Source of the DNA: Bacillota bacterium
GTDB lineage: Bacteria; Bacillota; DTU030; DUMP01
NCBI GenBank assembly: GCA_012837285.1
Contig: DURJ01000075.1
Location: 10,023-50,022 of the forward strand
Direction: 5' to 3'
DNA length: 40,000 nucleotides
This document shows, piece after piece, positions 9,229 to 17,428 of the stretch (its first letter is position 1; each line of letters opens with the position of its first letter). The translations under genes were made by a program, and so were the position numbers. The notes beneath the pieces are model-generated. The model had not been told where the DNA came from and did not search any database. It saw only the letters and a list, made by a program, of their open reading frames with translations.

Positions 9229-10408
9229 CGGGGCCGCCCCCTTTCCTATTGCTGGGAATCACTTGGGCTAATACCCAGTATTGCTGTTCACGAAGGGCCT
9301 CCATACATTCCTCCCGCGTATCTCCCCGGGCTAGAACGGTGCAAATCGGAGAGTGGGCCGATATTTTTTCACCCGGATGAGGAATGTCACGGATCCCGGC
9401 TCGGAACCAGCCACCGGTATCGCCGCAGCTTAAATCCCATGGGGCGTAGACGACAGCTTTCCCCCAATAGCCCTGCCGCTGGCATATGGCAGGCAAAACG
9501 GCCTGTTCTACCCCAAAGCCCTGACAGGCCTTGACATGCAACGAAAACAAGTCGTAGCCATAAGCAGCAGCAAAAAGCTCCATAGATGCCGAGTAGCGGG
9601 GATTCACCTCCAGAAACATCGGTTCGTCGTCAGCAGTGAGAAGAAAATCAATACCATTTAATCCCTTCAAACCAAATTCCACGGTGACGAGGTTAATCAG
9701 CTTCTTTAACCAAGTCCACAAGCCAATCGGGAACTCACTCCATCGATCCAGCCATAACGGTACGATGTTGCCTGAATAAATAAATTCTGATGCTCCAAAA
9801 TCCCGGCTTCCACATAATTGTTCACTTATGCCTAAAACGTAAGCTTTCTGACCATTGGCAACAAAGGAGACGGAGGCCGGCATACTGGCCCGATACTCCT
9901 GCAGCAGGTAGTCTTCGGACAGATGCACCTCCTCCGCCGCCCAGTTAATGTTGGTTCCACCGCCGGACTTTCTGGGTTTTAACAGCCACCGTCCCGAAGG
10001 CACCGGCCCCTGCCATTGATACAACGTCCGCGGGTAAGCGAACCTGTTAGTCTCCAAGAACCGGTGAAGTTGTTCCCAATCTCTGACCCGCCGTAGGGTA
10101 GAGCTGTCGTTACCCAACAGCTCTCGGCCGGTTGTCAATTCAGCCACCAAATCAGGCTCATCATCCAGGCCTGAAGTATAGGCCAAAGTATCATAACTCA
10201 ACTTGGTGGCGGACGTGGCCAAGGCTTGGGCTGAAAAAGATGCCTGTCCAAAATCCCGCCACAGTGAATAACTCTGCCCCCATTGGTTTTGATCATAGTC
10301 ACCAAAGTAATCCAAGGTTAGGAGCTCATAGCTGCTGCCTTCCTTGCTCTTGGCAACAGCTTCAGCCAAACCCCGAGTGCTAAAACCCAGCACCAACAAC
10401 TTCTGCAA
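9218..10408 (-). CDS. ATP-grasp enzyme associated with H4MPT/methanofuran pathways (orf5/orf17- or MfnD-like)
   Basis: 396 aa. ATP-grasp core: WLLKPRKSGGGTNI, LLQEY, GLNGIDFLL...MFLEVNPRYSASMELF. Overlaps the fwdD start by 11 nt. Confidence 0.65.
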   Translation of the reverse strand: MQKLLVLGFSTRGLAEAVAKSKEGSSYELLTLDYFGDYDQNQWGQSYSLWRDFGQASFSAQALATSATKLSYDTLAYTSGLDDEPDLVAELTTGRELLGNDSSTLRRVRDWEQLHRFLETNRFAYPRTLYQWQGPVPSGRWLLKPRKSGGGTNINWAAEEVHLSEDYLLQEYRASMPASVSFVANGQKAYVLGISEQLCGSRDFGASEFIYSGNIVPLWLDRWSEFPIGLWTWLKKLINLVTVEFGLKGLNGIDFLLTADDEPMFLEVNPRYSASMELFAAAYGYDLFSLHVKACQGFGVEQAVLPAICQRQGYWGKAVVYAPWDLSCGDTGGWFRAGIRDIPHPGEKISAHSPICTVLARGDTREECMEALREQQYWVLAQVIPSNRKGGGPGEG

Positions 10409-10420
10409 GACCGTTTCCTC

Positions 10421-11281
10421 CTAGCTGTCCTGGCCTAAACTATATACTTCTTGAGCATCCAGGAACACATCGTTTCTAGTAAACAGATGGTCCACAGCAG
10501 TCTTGTGAATCTTCATCTTGAGTCCGCCGATGCCCAGGGCGCCAAAACATATTTTCCCCTGACGCCTCTTCCCATCATCGCTCAGTTTCAGGCCAGTAAC
10601 ACCGCCAGGGGGCACAGCATTAAGGTCTGCTACAACTCTCAAGGCCGCGGCTCCAGCCCAGGTTTCCTCGGTCAAAAGAACTGCGCCTAAGGCACCGGTA
10701 GTGACCACAATGGCCTTATCGGCTAAGGCTGCACCTGCAGCCTGTTGATCATTAGGATTAAGCTTCAACGGTTCTACGACCACCTTATATTGTTCCGCTA
10801 AAGTCTGACAGGCCGCTTCGGCCCGAGCCATGGATCGGGAAGTCAAAGTTACCTGGCCGCCGCCCAAAGACAACAAGGCTGCCACTCTGAGTCCTACCGG
10901 TCCCGTTCCCGCCATTACCAAAGCCTTCTGCCCAGCTACGGGATAAGCACGATTAATTTTGATAACCGCTGCTGCCGCTGTAGTGTTACAGCCATTAGCA
11001 TCCATTAACACCGACACTCGAACCGAACCGAAAAAAGTCTTTTGCACAGTCGTTAACACTTCCTGGGCAGTTGCCACTTGTGAACCGCCGATGAATATGG
11101 CCGTATTTTTTAGATCTTGGTTGCTGCGGGTAAACATTGCTCCGTAGACAAAATCGCGTACATTCTCTGCCGTCACCCCACCGTAGGCCAAGACATGGTC
11201 GACTCCGGCATCGTAGGCCACAACAGTGTCAAAAACACTGGGCATGGAGTCTGTATCCAGTTGAATGAGTAGTTTCTTCAC
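10421..11281 (-). CDS. mtdA: NAD(P)-dependent methylene-tetrahydromethanopterin dehydrogenase (MtdA/MtdB family)
   Basis: 286 aa with a GTG start and GGGGAGGTG Shine-Dalgarno sequence. KKLLIQLDTDSMPSVFDTVVAYDAGVDH...TAIFIGG...FFGSVRVSVLMDANGCNTTAAAAV...GTGPVG...FGALGIGGLKMKIH is colinear with Methylobacterium MtdA as I recall it. I cannot separate MtdA from MtdB by eye. Confidence 0.9.
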   Translation of the reverse strand: MKKLLIQLDTDSMPSVFDTVVAYDAGVDHVLAYGGVTAENVRDFVYGAMFTRSNQDLKNTAIFIGGSQVATAQEVLTTVQKTFFGSVRVSVLMDANGCNTTAAAAVIKINRAYPVAGQKALVMAGTGPVGLRVAALLSLGGGQVTLTSRSMARAEAACQTLAEQYKVVVEPLKLNPNDQQAAGAALADKAIVVTTGALGAVLLTEETWAGAAALRVVADLNAVPPGGVTGLKLSDDGKRRQGKICFGALGIGGLKMKIHKTAVDHLFTRNDVFLDAQEVYSLGQDS

Positions 11282-11351
11282 CCTGCCACCTCCCCTGCAC
11301 TGAGCCTAATTGCAGATGCAGCAGTACGAAAAAAGTAAACTGCAGGAGGTT

Positions 11352-11367
11352 AGCAGTGGTGGTGCCT
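11352..11367 (-). promoter_or_regulatory. Candidate (imperfect) sigma-54 -24/-12 element upstream of mtdA
   Basis: The minus strand reads AGGCACCACCACTGCT. GG and GC have the correct spacing, but there are two core mismatches to TGGCAC-N5-TTGCW. It lies about 70 nt upstream of the mtdA GTG. Confidence 0.3.
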
Positions 11368-11488
11368 GTTTCCTTCTGTCTTACCACCCGCTTCACCTCC
11401 CACAGCCTACAGACAAGTTAGACCCCCCTACATATCCTTATTGCTGCTTAAAATACTGAGGTCTCATCACTGTCCTAACATCCGCTGT

Positions 11489-12976
11489 CTATACAGTATC
11501 ATGCCAGCTACAGTGGCTATGGCGTTTAGTCAAGATGCAGACAGCACAGTCCTTGCAAACTCGGGCTGGAGAACCGGGGACTTCAGGGTTCAGGGCAATA
11601 ATATTGGTCATCAAAGTGGCGGTTACCGGCTCGCTGGTCAGGAGACAAGGGAAGTCGGCCAGCCGCATAAGAGCGGAGAATCGTACCGTAATACCACAGG
11701 CCGGATAGGTGTAACGCTGAGGATTAGCCAGCACCTCATTCTTCTCGATGGGATCTAAATCAACTTTGACACCTCTCACCTTGCCGCCATTGCCAATAGG
11801 TTCATCTTCCAGAATATTGCTCCCCCGGTGGATCATATCCATAAAGTCTACATTGTGGAGTTCAGCAGCAGCCCCACGGTTCGGATATAGTTGGACATAG
11901 TTGTAGAAACGTTTCGTTAACAGATCGATCACCATCGGCGCAGTGAATCCATCTTTCTCCAAGATGTAAGCTGCCCCACAGGCAGTGGAACCGGTAGCTA
12001 CACTCAAAACATCATAGGCGCTGTCGTAGCCCTGTTCCAGCCCTCTCTGGAGAGTGTTGGCCAAAACATCGGTCTCAGCTTCCATAATGGCCATAATTAC
12101 ATCGTCCTTGGCCATATTGAACATCGATTGGGCAATATGGTGAGCCACATCGCCTACACAGTAAGCTGGAACAGTAACAATGTTACCATAATGAACCCCT
12201 GCTTCTACTGCCTTAAGAATGAGGGGCTTCATCCGCTCTTTGTATTTGAGCATATACTCCTTAACATCAAAGGACTGATGACCACCATCGGTCATAAGCT
12301 TCGTCTGAGCTGCGATCGGCTCCCGATAGACCATTTGCAGCATCTCAATCTCGTCCCGAACAGCTTGGGCAGTGGTCTTGCCCGCCTCAATGGAATCGGC
12401 AAAGGCGGCCCCGATCCCATAAGAGGTGTTCATTCCCCACGACTTGGCCGACAAAATAGCCTTTTTATGAGCCGTTGGAATATCTACGCCTTTGAGAATC
12501 TCGTTTACCACTGAAGTGGTGGAACCAGGACAGAAGGCAAAGTCCACCACGCAAGTGGGTCCATAGAACCCGCCATAACGTCTGACCGCCTCTCGTCCAA
12601 CTAAGGCCTCGTTCGTTGCAATGGCGTCGATAAACTTGCTCATAGACTCTTTGAAACCAGTGTCTTCCTCAACCAGAATTTCGAGAATAGGGGGAGTCTG
12701 GTAGTGCTCGACAAAAGGATCGTCTTCAGGTCGGACGTACTCAGTCAATCCTTTGAGGATTTCGTAATGGGCATTGACAGACTGAACATGGAGGTCAATG
12801 ACCTCAGGGGACTGCCCCTCCCCAACGGTCATACCGTTGACGGCATCCACATAGGGCTGGGCGTCACCAATGGTAAAGGTCTGACCCCGCTTTTCCTTAA
12901 TTACCCCGATATCTGCCCGCTGAGCCGATAAGGCTTCTTTAATCATCTTTTCATGGATGGTACTAGACACGGACAA
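11489..12976 (-). CDS. Uncharacterised 495-aa Cys-rich protein with no family recognised; candidate metalloenzyme linked to the C1 module
   Basis: Long clean ORF with GTG start 12976 and AAAGGGGA 7 nt upstream. Recurrent Cys contexts: GPTCVVDFAFCPGS, PAYCVGDVAHH, GSTACGAAY, YPACG. C-terminal CKDCAVC-x8-C cluster. No hydrophobic signal or TM segment is evident. Confidence 0.8.
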   Translation of the reverse strand: MSVSSTIHEKMIKEALSAQRADIGVIKEKRGQTFTIGDAQPYVDAVNGMTVGEGQSPEVIDLHVQSVNAHYEILKGLTEYVRPEDDPFVEHYQTPPILEILVEEDTGFKESMSKFIDAIATNEALVGREAVRRYGGFYGPTCVVDFAFCPGSTTSVVNEILKGVDIPTAHKKAILSAKSWGMNTSYGIGAAFADSIEAGKTTAQAVRDEIEMLQMVYREPIAAQTKLMTDGGHQSFDVKEYMLKYKERMKPLILKAVEAGVHYGNIVTVPAYCVGDVAHHIAQSMFNMAKDDVIMAIMEAETDVLANTLQRGLEQGYDSAYDVLSVATGSTACGAAYILEKDGFTAPMVIDLLTKRFYNYVQLYPNRGAAAELHNVDFMDMIHRGSNILEDEPIGNGGKVRGVKVDLDPIEKNEVLANPQRYTYPACGITVRFSALMRLADFPCLLTSEPVTATLMTNIIALNPEVPGSPARVCKDCAVCILTKRHSHCSWHDTV

Positions 12977-13086
12977 TTCCCCTTTCTTTTTTCTTTTTTG
13001 CCCAAACCATACTTACCAGTAAACAGTGTGCCGAAACTTCAACCTCACCTCCCCTGTTTTTGGCACAATTCTTACTTGTTTCTATT

Positions 13087-13102
13087 TGCAATAATTGTGC
13101 CA
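13087..13102 (-). promoter_or_regulatory. Sigma-54 (RpoN) -24/-12 promoter for the 495-aa gene
   Basis: The minus strand reads TGGCACAATTATTGCA, an exact match to TGGCAC-N5-TTGCA. It lies about 110 nt upstream of GTG 12976 and next to the sigma-54 activator gene. Confidence 0.75.
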
Positions 13103-13286
13103 GGCTTGGCAATATTGTGCCTACCCTACGGTCAGTGAGGCTTGTGGCTATTTCTGCAGCGGAAAATACTGTTCAGGATGGTGTTTCACAATGATACGGT
13201 TCTGGTATACAGTTTGGTTATTTATGGTTTTAGAGTAGAGAGGGAGAATGGTGGACAAGATTTGTTTCATTCCGGCACATGATCCA

Positions 13287-15242
13287 CTATGATGCATCTT
13301 CCCGAAAAGTTTTCAGTTCAATCGCATAGCGCTTTAGTTTCCGATACAAAGTGGTACGACCGATTCCCAGAAAGGCTGCCACTTTGCTTACATTTCCTTG
13401 ATAAACCTCCAGTGCCTGCACAATGGCCATTCGTTCCACCTCGGCTAAGCTGTGACCTTTTTCGGCCATGGCTGGCCTCATGGTATGCGACCGGGGCACA
13501 CAAATCCGCGCCGGAAAATGTTCCAGCTGTAAAGTTCCGTCCTCTGCCAGGTGTAATGCCTGTTCAATGGCATTTTGTAGTTCCCGAACATTGCCGGGCC
13601 AGTGATACTCTAATAGAACTTGTTTAATAGACGGGTTCATAACCACCTGCTCATAACCTAATTGCCCGGAAACACGTCGCAGAAAATAGCGCGCCAGCAA
13701 GAGGACATCATCGCCTCGCTCCCGCAACGGCGGAATAAACAGATTAACCACGCTGAGACGATGAAACAGATCTAAACGAAAGTGTCCTTCATTGACTAGC
13801 TTAGCAATGTCCTTGTTGGTGGCGGCAATAAATCTAACTTGAATTGGAACTGGCGTATGCCCTCCGATCCGAATCACTTGCTTTTCTTCCAGCACTCGAA
13901 GCAAACTGGCCTGCGTCTCCAGCGGGATGTCGCCAATTTCGTCCAGAAACAAAGTACCGCCGCTGGCTAATTCAAACTTTCCCGGTCGCCCCCCTCGTTT
14001 TGCCCCGGTAAAGGCGCCCTCTTCATAGCCAAACAGCTCGCTTTCCACTAAGTCGCGCGGCAAAGCGGCACAATTGATCGCTACAAAAGGCCCGTCCCGT
14101 CGAGGACTGGCATTGTGGATTGCTTGAGCAAATAGATCCTTCCCAGTACCGCTTTCTCCCATGATCAACAAGGTGGAATCTGTGCGGGCTACCCGTTTGG
14201 CGATACCGATACTCTCAGTGAACTTTGGATCTTCTCCAATTAAGTCCTCAAATTCGAACCGAGCCTGGGCGCCGGCCATGCGCGTCACCAATCGTTGTAC
14301 CGACTTCATCTCTCGGCAAGTCAGCACCACCCCGATAACTCCGCCCCGTTTGGAACAAACAGGCTGACTGGAAACAGTGAGGCGTAACCGCCGGCCCTGA
14401 AAATCTACCGCCAACTCCCGGTCATTAAAACCTTCTCGACCAGTCTTAATCATCCGTAATAATGGAAAAGAGTTGCAGAAAACTTCTTCCACGGGCTTCC
14501 CCAAACATTCCACCGGATCGAGACCGAAAATTCTCCCAGCTACAGTATTCATTTGGCTAACGATGCCCTTATTATCGATAAAGATAAGGCCCTCAGAAAT
14601 CGATTGTAACACCGACACCAGCCGATCCCAGGTCTGTTCCAATTTCAGCTCCATTTGCACCGCTGCCGTCAGTGCTATCAACATAGCAAGAGTATGAAAA
14701 CAAAGCGTTCTCTGGTAACCGGCCATGCCGAGGACTCCTATTAATTCACCCTCCGGGTCAAACAACGGAGCAGCGGCGCACGACAACCCTTGCATCATAT
14801 TAAGATAGTGTTCGGTCCCAGTAACCAGGCTCGGGCTTTTCTCTGCGATAGCCAGGCTGATTGCATTAGTTCCCAACTCTTCTTCTCGCCACTGAGTTCC
14901 CACCCTGAGGGCAGTCTCTGGGGGAGACAATCGGTTCAGGTCTCCGGTAGCGGCGACAATGCATCCCTCTGGATCACAGAAGAATGCCGCTCCATCTAAA
15001 TCACAAAACCCACTGATCTTCTCCAGGAAGGGTCGGCTAACGCGCACCACTGAAGCGGATGCCTCCAGTCGTTCCTTCAGCTCTCGTCCCTGTAACTGAG
15101 TCCACCTAACTTCTTGAAAGGGATCCAGCCCCCGCCGTCGGCACCTTTCCCAAGAAGCCATGATCTCAGGGCGGATTCCCTCCACCGGTATTCCCTGCCC
15201 AACAAAACGTTCCCAACAACTTTTTATCTGATTCTGAACCAT
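13287..15242 (-). CDS. Sigma-54-dependent transcriptional activator (AcoR-like N-terminus/GAF, PAS, AAA+, Fis-type HTH)
   Basis: 651 aa. AcoR-type start (SCWERFV...[19 protein letters not shown]). AAA+ motifs GESGTGKD, the GAFTGA loop ([12 protein letters not shown]) and ELFGYE. C-terminal [25 protein letters not shown]. Confidence 0.9.
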   Translation of the reverse strand: MVQNQIKSCWERFVGQGIPVEGIRPEIMASWERCRRRGLDPFQEVRWTQLQGRELKERLEASASVVRVSRPFLEKISGFCDLDGAAFFCDPEGCIVAATGDLNRLSPPETALRVGTQWREEELGTNAISLAIAEKSPSLVTGTEHYLNMMQGLSCAAAPLFDPEGELIGVLGMAGYQRTLCFHTLAMLIALTAAVQMELKLEQTWDRLVSVLQSISEGLIFIDNKGIVSQMNTVAGRIFGLDPVECLGKPVEEVFCNSFPLLRMIKTGREGFNDRELAVDFQGRRLRLTVSSQPVCSKRGGVIGVVLTCREMKSVQRLVTRMAGAQARFEFEDLIGEDPKFTESIGIAKRVARTDSTLLIMGESGTGKDLFAQAIHNASPRRDGPFVAINCAALPRDLVESELFGYEEGAFTGAKRGGRPGKFELASGGTLFLDEIGDIPLETQASLLRVLEEKQVIRIGGHTPVPIQVRFIAATNKDIAKLVNEGHFRLDLFHRLSVVNLFIPPLRERGDDVLLLARYFLRRVSGQLGYEQVVMNPSIKQVLLEYHWPGNVRELQNAIEQALHLAEDGTLQLEHFPARICVPRSHTMRPAMAEKGHSLAEVERMAIVQALEVYQGNVSKVAAFLGIGRTTLYRKLKRYAIELKTFREDAS

Positions 15243-15244
15243 GG

Positions 15245-16231
15245 TTAATCATCCTTTTCCCCGGTCACCGAAGCTCCCTGGTTTCGTGGCGACAAACAAC
15301 GCACCTTAGCCGGTACCTCAATCTGCTTCAGGTACGTTTTCAACTCCTGTTGAATTTCCTCCCCCAAAGCCCGACACTCAACCACTCCGTACAAGGTCGG
15401 TCCCCAGGAACTTTGCCCGGCGCCGGTGGCTCCGGCATTGAGGAGCAGACGCACAATCCCTTCAGCTGCAGGATGGCTGTACAATCCCCCTTGGATCGGA
15501 GCAAACTGTTTGCCAATGGTCCACTGAATCTCTGTCAGAGCCTGCCCAAAAGCTTCAATGTCTCTTTCCAGTAAGGCCGGCAGGAGCTGCATAACTAACA
15601 GGCGACAAACAAGCCCCACATCTTCCGGCGGTATTGGCGGCATGGCCCGAAACGCTTGCCATTCCCGGTGCCCACTGTAACCCGCTGTGCTGGCCGGAGT
15701 TACTACTAGAAAACACCAATCTGAAGGAAAGTCGTGTCTAAAAATGAGCGGGGGTACGTATCCTTTCAGGTCTGCCCGGTCAAATTCTCGCGGAATTCCT
15801 CCGTCCACTACAAAACCCCCGCTCTGGAAAATGCCAATCCCCACCCCTGATTGGTGTCCCCGACCGCTGATCCGAGCTAATTCCGCCACCGAATAATCCT
15901 GATCGTAGAGGTGAAACAAAGCCGCGCCCACAGCCAGGGCTAATTGGGTACCCGACCCCAACCCCACATGTGATGGGATCGCCTCTTGCACCACCAGGCG
16001 GGCCCCTCCTTGAACCCCCATTTCAGCCAGGAACGTCCTAGCTAAAGACAGGACCCTTTCCTTTTCCCAGCCGTTCACACTCAAGTTTGAAGCTATTTCG
16101 GCCTGAATTACGGTTTTTGGTCCTTCTAAAGCTACCCCCAGCCCACCATAAAGCCGTCCCAGGGAACCGTTCAGGTCTATTTGTCCTAAATGCAGTCGGC
16201 AGGGCGTCTCAACTTTAAGCATTGGTACCAT
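15245..16231 (-). CDS. mptG: Beta-ribofuranosylaminobenzene 5'-phosphate (beta-RFAP) synthase, GHMP-kinase fold (H4MPT biosynthesis)
   Basis: 328 aa. TPCRLHLGQIDLNGSLGRLYGGLGVAL and the GHMP motif PSHVGLGSGTQLALAV are typical of beta-RFAP synthase. Confidence 0.85.
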   Translation of the reverse strand: MVPMLKVETPCRLHLGQIDLNGSLGRLYGGLGVALEGPKTVIQAEIASNLSVNGWEKERVLSLARTFLAEMGVQGGARLVVQEAIPSHVGLGSGTQLALAVGAALFHLYDQDYSVAELARISGRGHQSGVGIGIFQSGGFVVDGGIPREFDRADLKGYVPPLIFRHDFPSDWCFLVVTPASTAGYSGHREWQAFRAMPPIPPEDVGLVCRLLVMQLLPALLERDIEAFGQALTEIQWTIGKQFAPIQGGLYSHPAAEGIVRLLLNAGATGAGQSSWGPTLYGVVECRALGEEIQQELKTYLKQIEVPAKVRCLSPRNQGASVTGEKDD

Positions 16232-16802
16232 CCACCTTTCCTCGAAACTGCCGTAAGTACCGAAGAAGAAAGCTCAAGGCTTCTCTTTCCCGTGGTCCAC
16301 CGGTTTTAGTAATAATAGCAGCCAGCCGATCTAGTTCTTGGTTAAGAAAAGAGTGTTTATACAAAAAAGGGCGAGAAGCTAGGATTGCTCCCTCCACCAA
16401 AGCCGCTTGGGCGCGATTGAATCCACTGACAACTCCACTTTCTCCCTCCTGTACAACCCGACAAGTGAACAGGGCTCGTTCTTCCCGATCCTCCATCCTT
16501 TCCACTTCAATTTCCCACCAGCTACAATCTACCAGCACAGTTCCCGGCACTCGTTCCGCCGGAACGCCCGGCAGAACCGGATCACCTACAGCCGTGTAGA
16601 CGAAAAGCGACCCATCGTAACTTAAATTTACTACTCCGACGCCGGTCGAGAGCAGGTTCTGATAGGTATGAGTTGTTTTATACGGCCGCACTTGCAGAGC
16701 CTGCTCCGTCGGCAACAAAGTAATACCCATGGGGGCAGGATTCATCTGTCCCTGCGGGCTAACCGTGGTAACAATGGACTCAATGATCATGGCCTGATTC
16801 AC
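16215..16802 (-). CDS. DUF447-family protein (FMN-binding split-barrel-like; H4MPT-linked 'orf19'-type)
   Basis: 195 aa. N-terminus IIESIVTTVSPQGQMNPAPMGI plus the C-terminal helical part fit DUF447. Overlaps the mptG start. Confidence 0.7.
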   Translation of the reverse strand: MNQAMIIESIVTTVSPQGQMNPAPMGITLLPTEQALQVRPYKTTHTYQNLLSTGVGVVNLSYDGSLFVYTAVGDPVLPGVPAERVPGTVLVDCSWWEIEVERMEDREERALFTCRVVQEGESGVVSGFNRAQAALVEGAILASRPFLYKHSFLNQELDRLAAIITKTGGPREREALSFLLRYLRQFRGKVDGTNA

Positions 16803-16930
16803 TCCTGTTTTAGCTCAGGGCCGACTTATCTCCATCCTTAAGAAAAGTAACCTCCCAGTAGGTAGGATCATTATTTTCAATATATATACTTTCGCCTTTA
16901 GTCTGACTTTTACCTGCCTTAAGGCAGAAA

Positions 16931-16973
16931 AACGAAACCCGGTGGTCATTGCCCATAACCACCGGGTTTCGTT
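16931..16973 (-). terminator. Rho-independent terminator after the thioesterase gene
   Basis: Perfect 16-bp stem AACGAAACCCGGTGGT / ACCACCGGGTTTCGTT with an 11-nt loop. It begins 3 nt after the stop at 16976 and is followed on the minus strand by TTTTT. Confidence 0.85.
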
Positions 16974-16975
16974 TC

Positions 16976-17428
16976 TTAGCTGGTCTTGTTGTCCCTTGTT
17001 GAGAGTAGCTCCTGCAAAAGCTGCCAATAATCGGGATGGTGCTTTTTTAAGCTCACCGGTCGGCCGCTCTTTTTGAGCACGAAGCATTGTGTTGTCCTTC
17101 CGGTGGCCACCGGAGTCTCACCGCATCGGATGGTATACGAAAACACCAGTCGGGAAGCAGTGAGATCATCTAACGAGGTGGTAATTGTGATTCGGTCCTC
17201 GAACTTAGCCGGATTCAAGTAACGGCAGTAGGCTTCCACAATGGGAAGCAACATTCCCTGTTCCTCCAGCGCTTTATACGACTGACCCAAGCTTCGAAAA
17301 AAGGCGTTGCGACCCACTTCAAACCAGGTAAAATAGTTACCATAGTAGACCACACCCATTTGATCTGTCTCGGCATAGCGCACGTATATATCCGTGCTCA
17401 CCGCATACCCAGCCGGCAATGTTATCAC
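16976..17428 (-). CDS. Acyl-CoA thioesterase, YbgC/FadM (4HBT hotdog) family
   Basis: 150 aa. YAETDQMGVVYYGNYFTWFEVGR is the 4HBT class-I signature. Its GTG start overlaps the proA TGA (GTGA). Confidence 0.85.
   Translation of the reverse strand: MITLPAGYAVSTDIYVRYAETDQMGVVYYGNYFTWFEVGRNAFFRSLGQSYKALEEQGMLLPIVEAYCRYLNPAKFEDRITITTSLDDLTASRLVFSYTIRCGETPVATGRTTQCFVLKKSGRPVSLKKHHPDYWQLLQELLSTRDNKTS

Noticed and set aside
11489-11491. TAG stop of the 495-aa gene as pyrrolysine read-through (given the C1/methyl context)
   Set aside because: Read-through would add only 16 residues (TADVRTVMRPQYFKQQ) before a TAA. The protein does not resemble MtmB/MtbB/MttB, and no pyl genes are in the window.
13013-13042. 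Nine-codon uORF (TTG AAG TTT CGG CAC ACT GTT TAC TGG TAA; MKFRHTVYW) behind GGAGGTGA in the leader of the 495-aa gene
   Set aside because: It is plausible on spacing alone, but it is very short, has a TTG start, and I cannot assess conservation. There is not enough evidence to call it a leader peptide.
13061-13076. Plus-strand TGGCACAATTCTTACT as a functional divergent sigma-54 promoter
   Set aside because: The -12 element reads TTAC, so the invariant GC is lost, and there is no plus-strand gene downstream. I treat it only as one arm of the inverted repeat.
16815-17087. 90-aa ORF spanning the thioesterase 3' end and the terminator, plus many other track ORFs antisense to or out of frame with large genes (e.g. 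17419..17790, 17996..18313, 26916..27332, 34597..35013, 12128..12514)
   Set aside because: These lie inside or opposite well-supported conserved genes, have Pro/Arg/Ser-rich composition, and have no ribosome-binding sites. They are typical spurious shadow ORFs in fairly GC-rich DNA.
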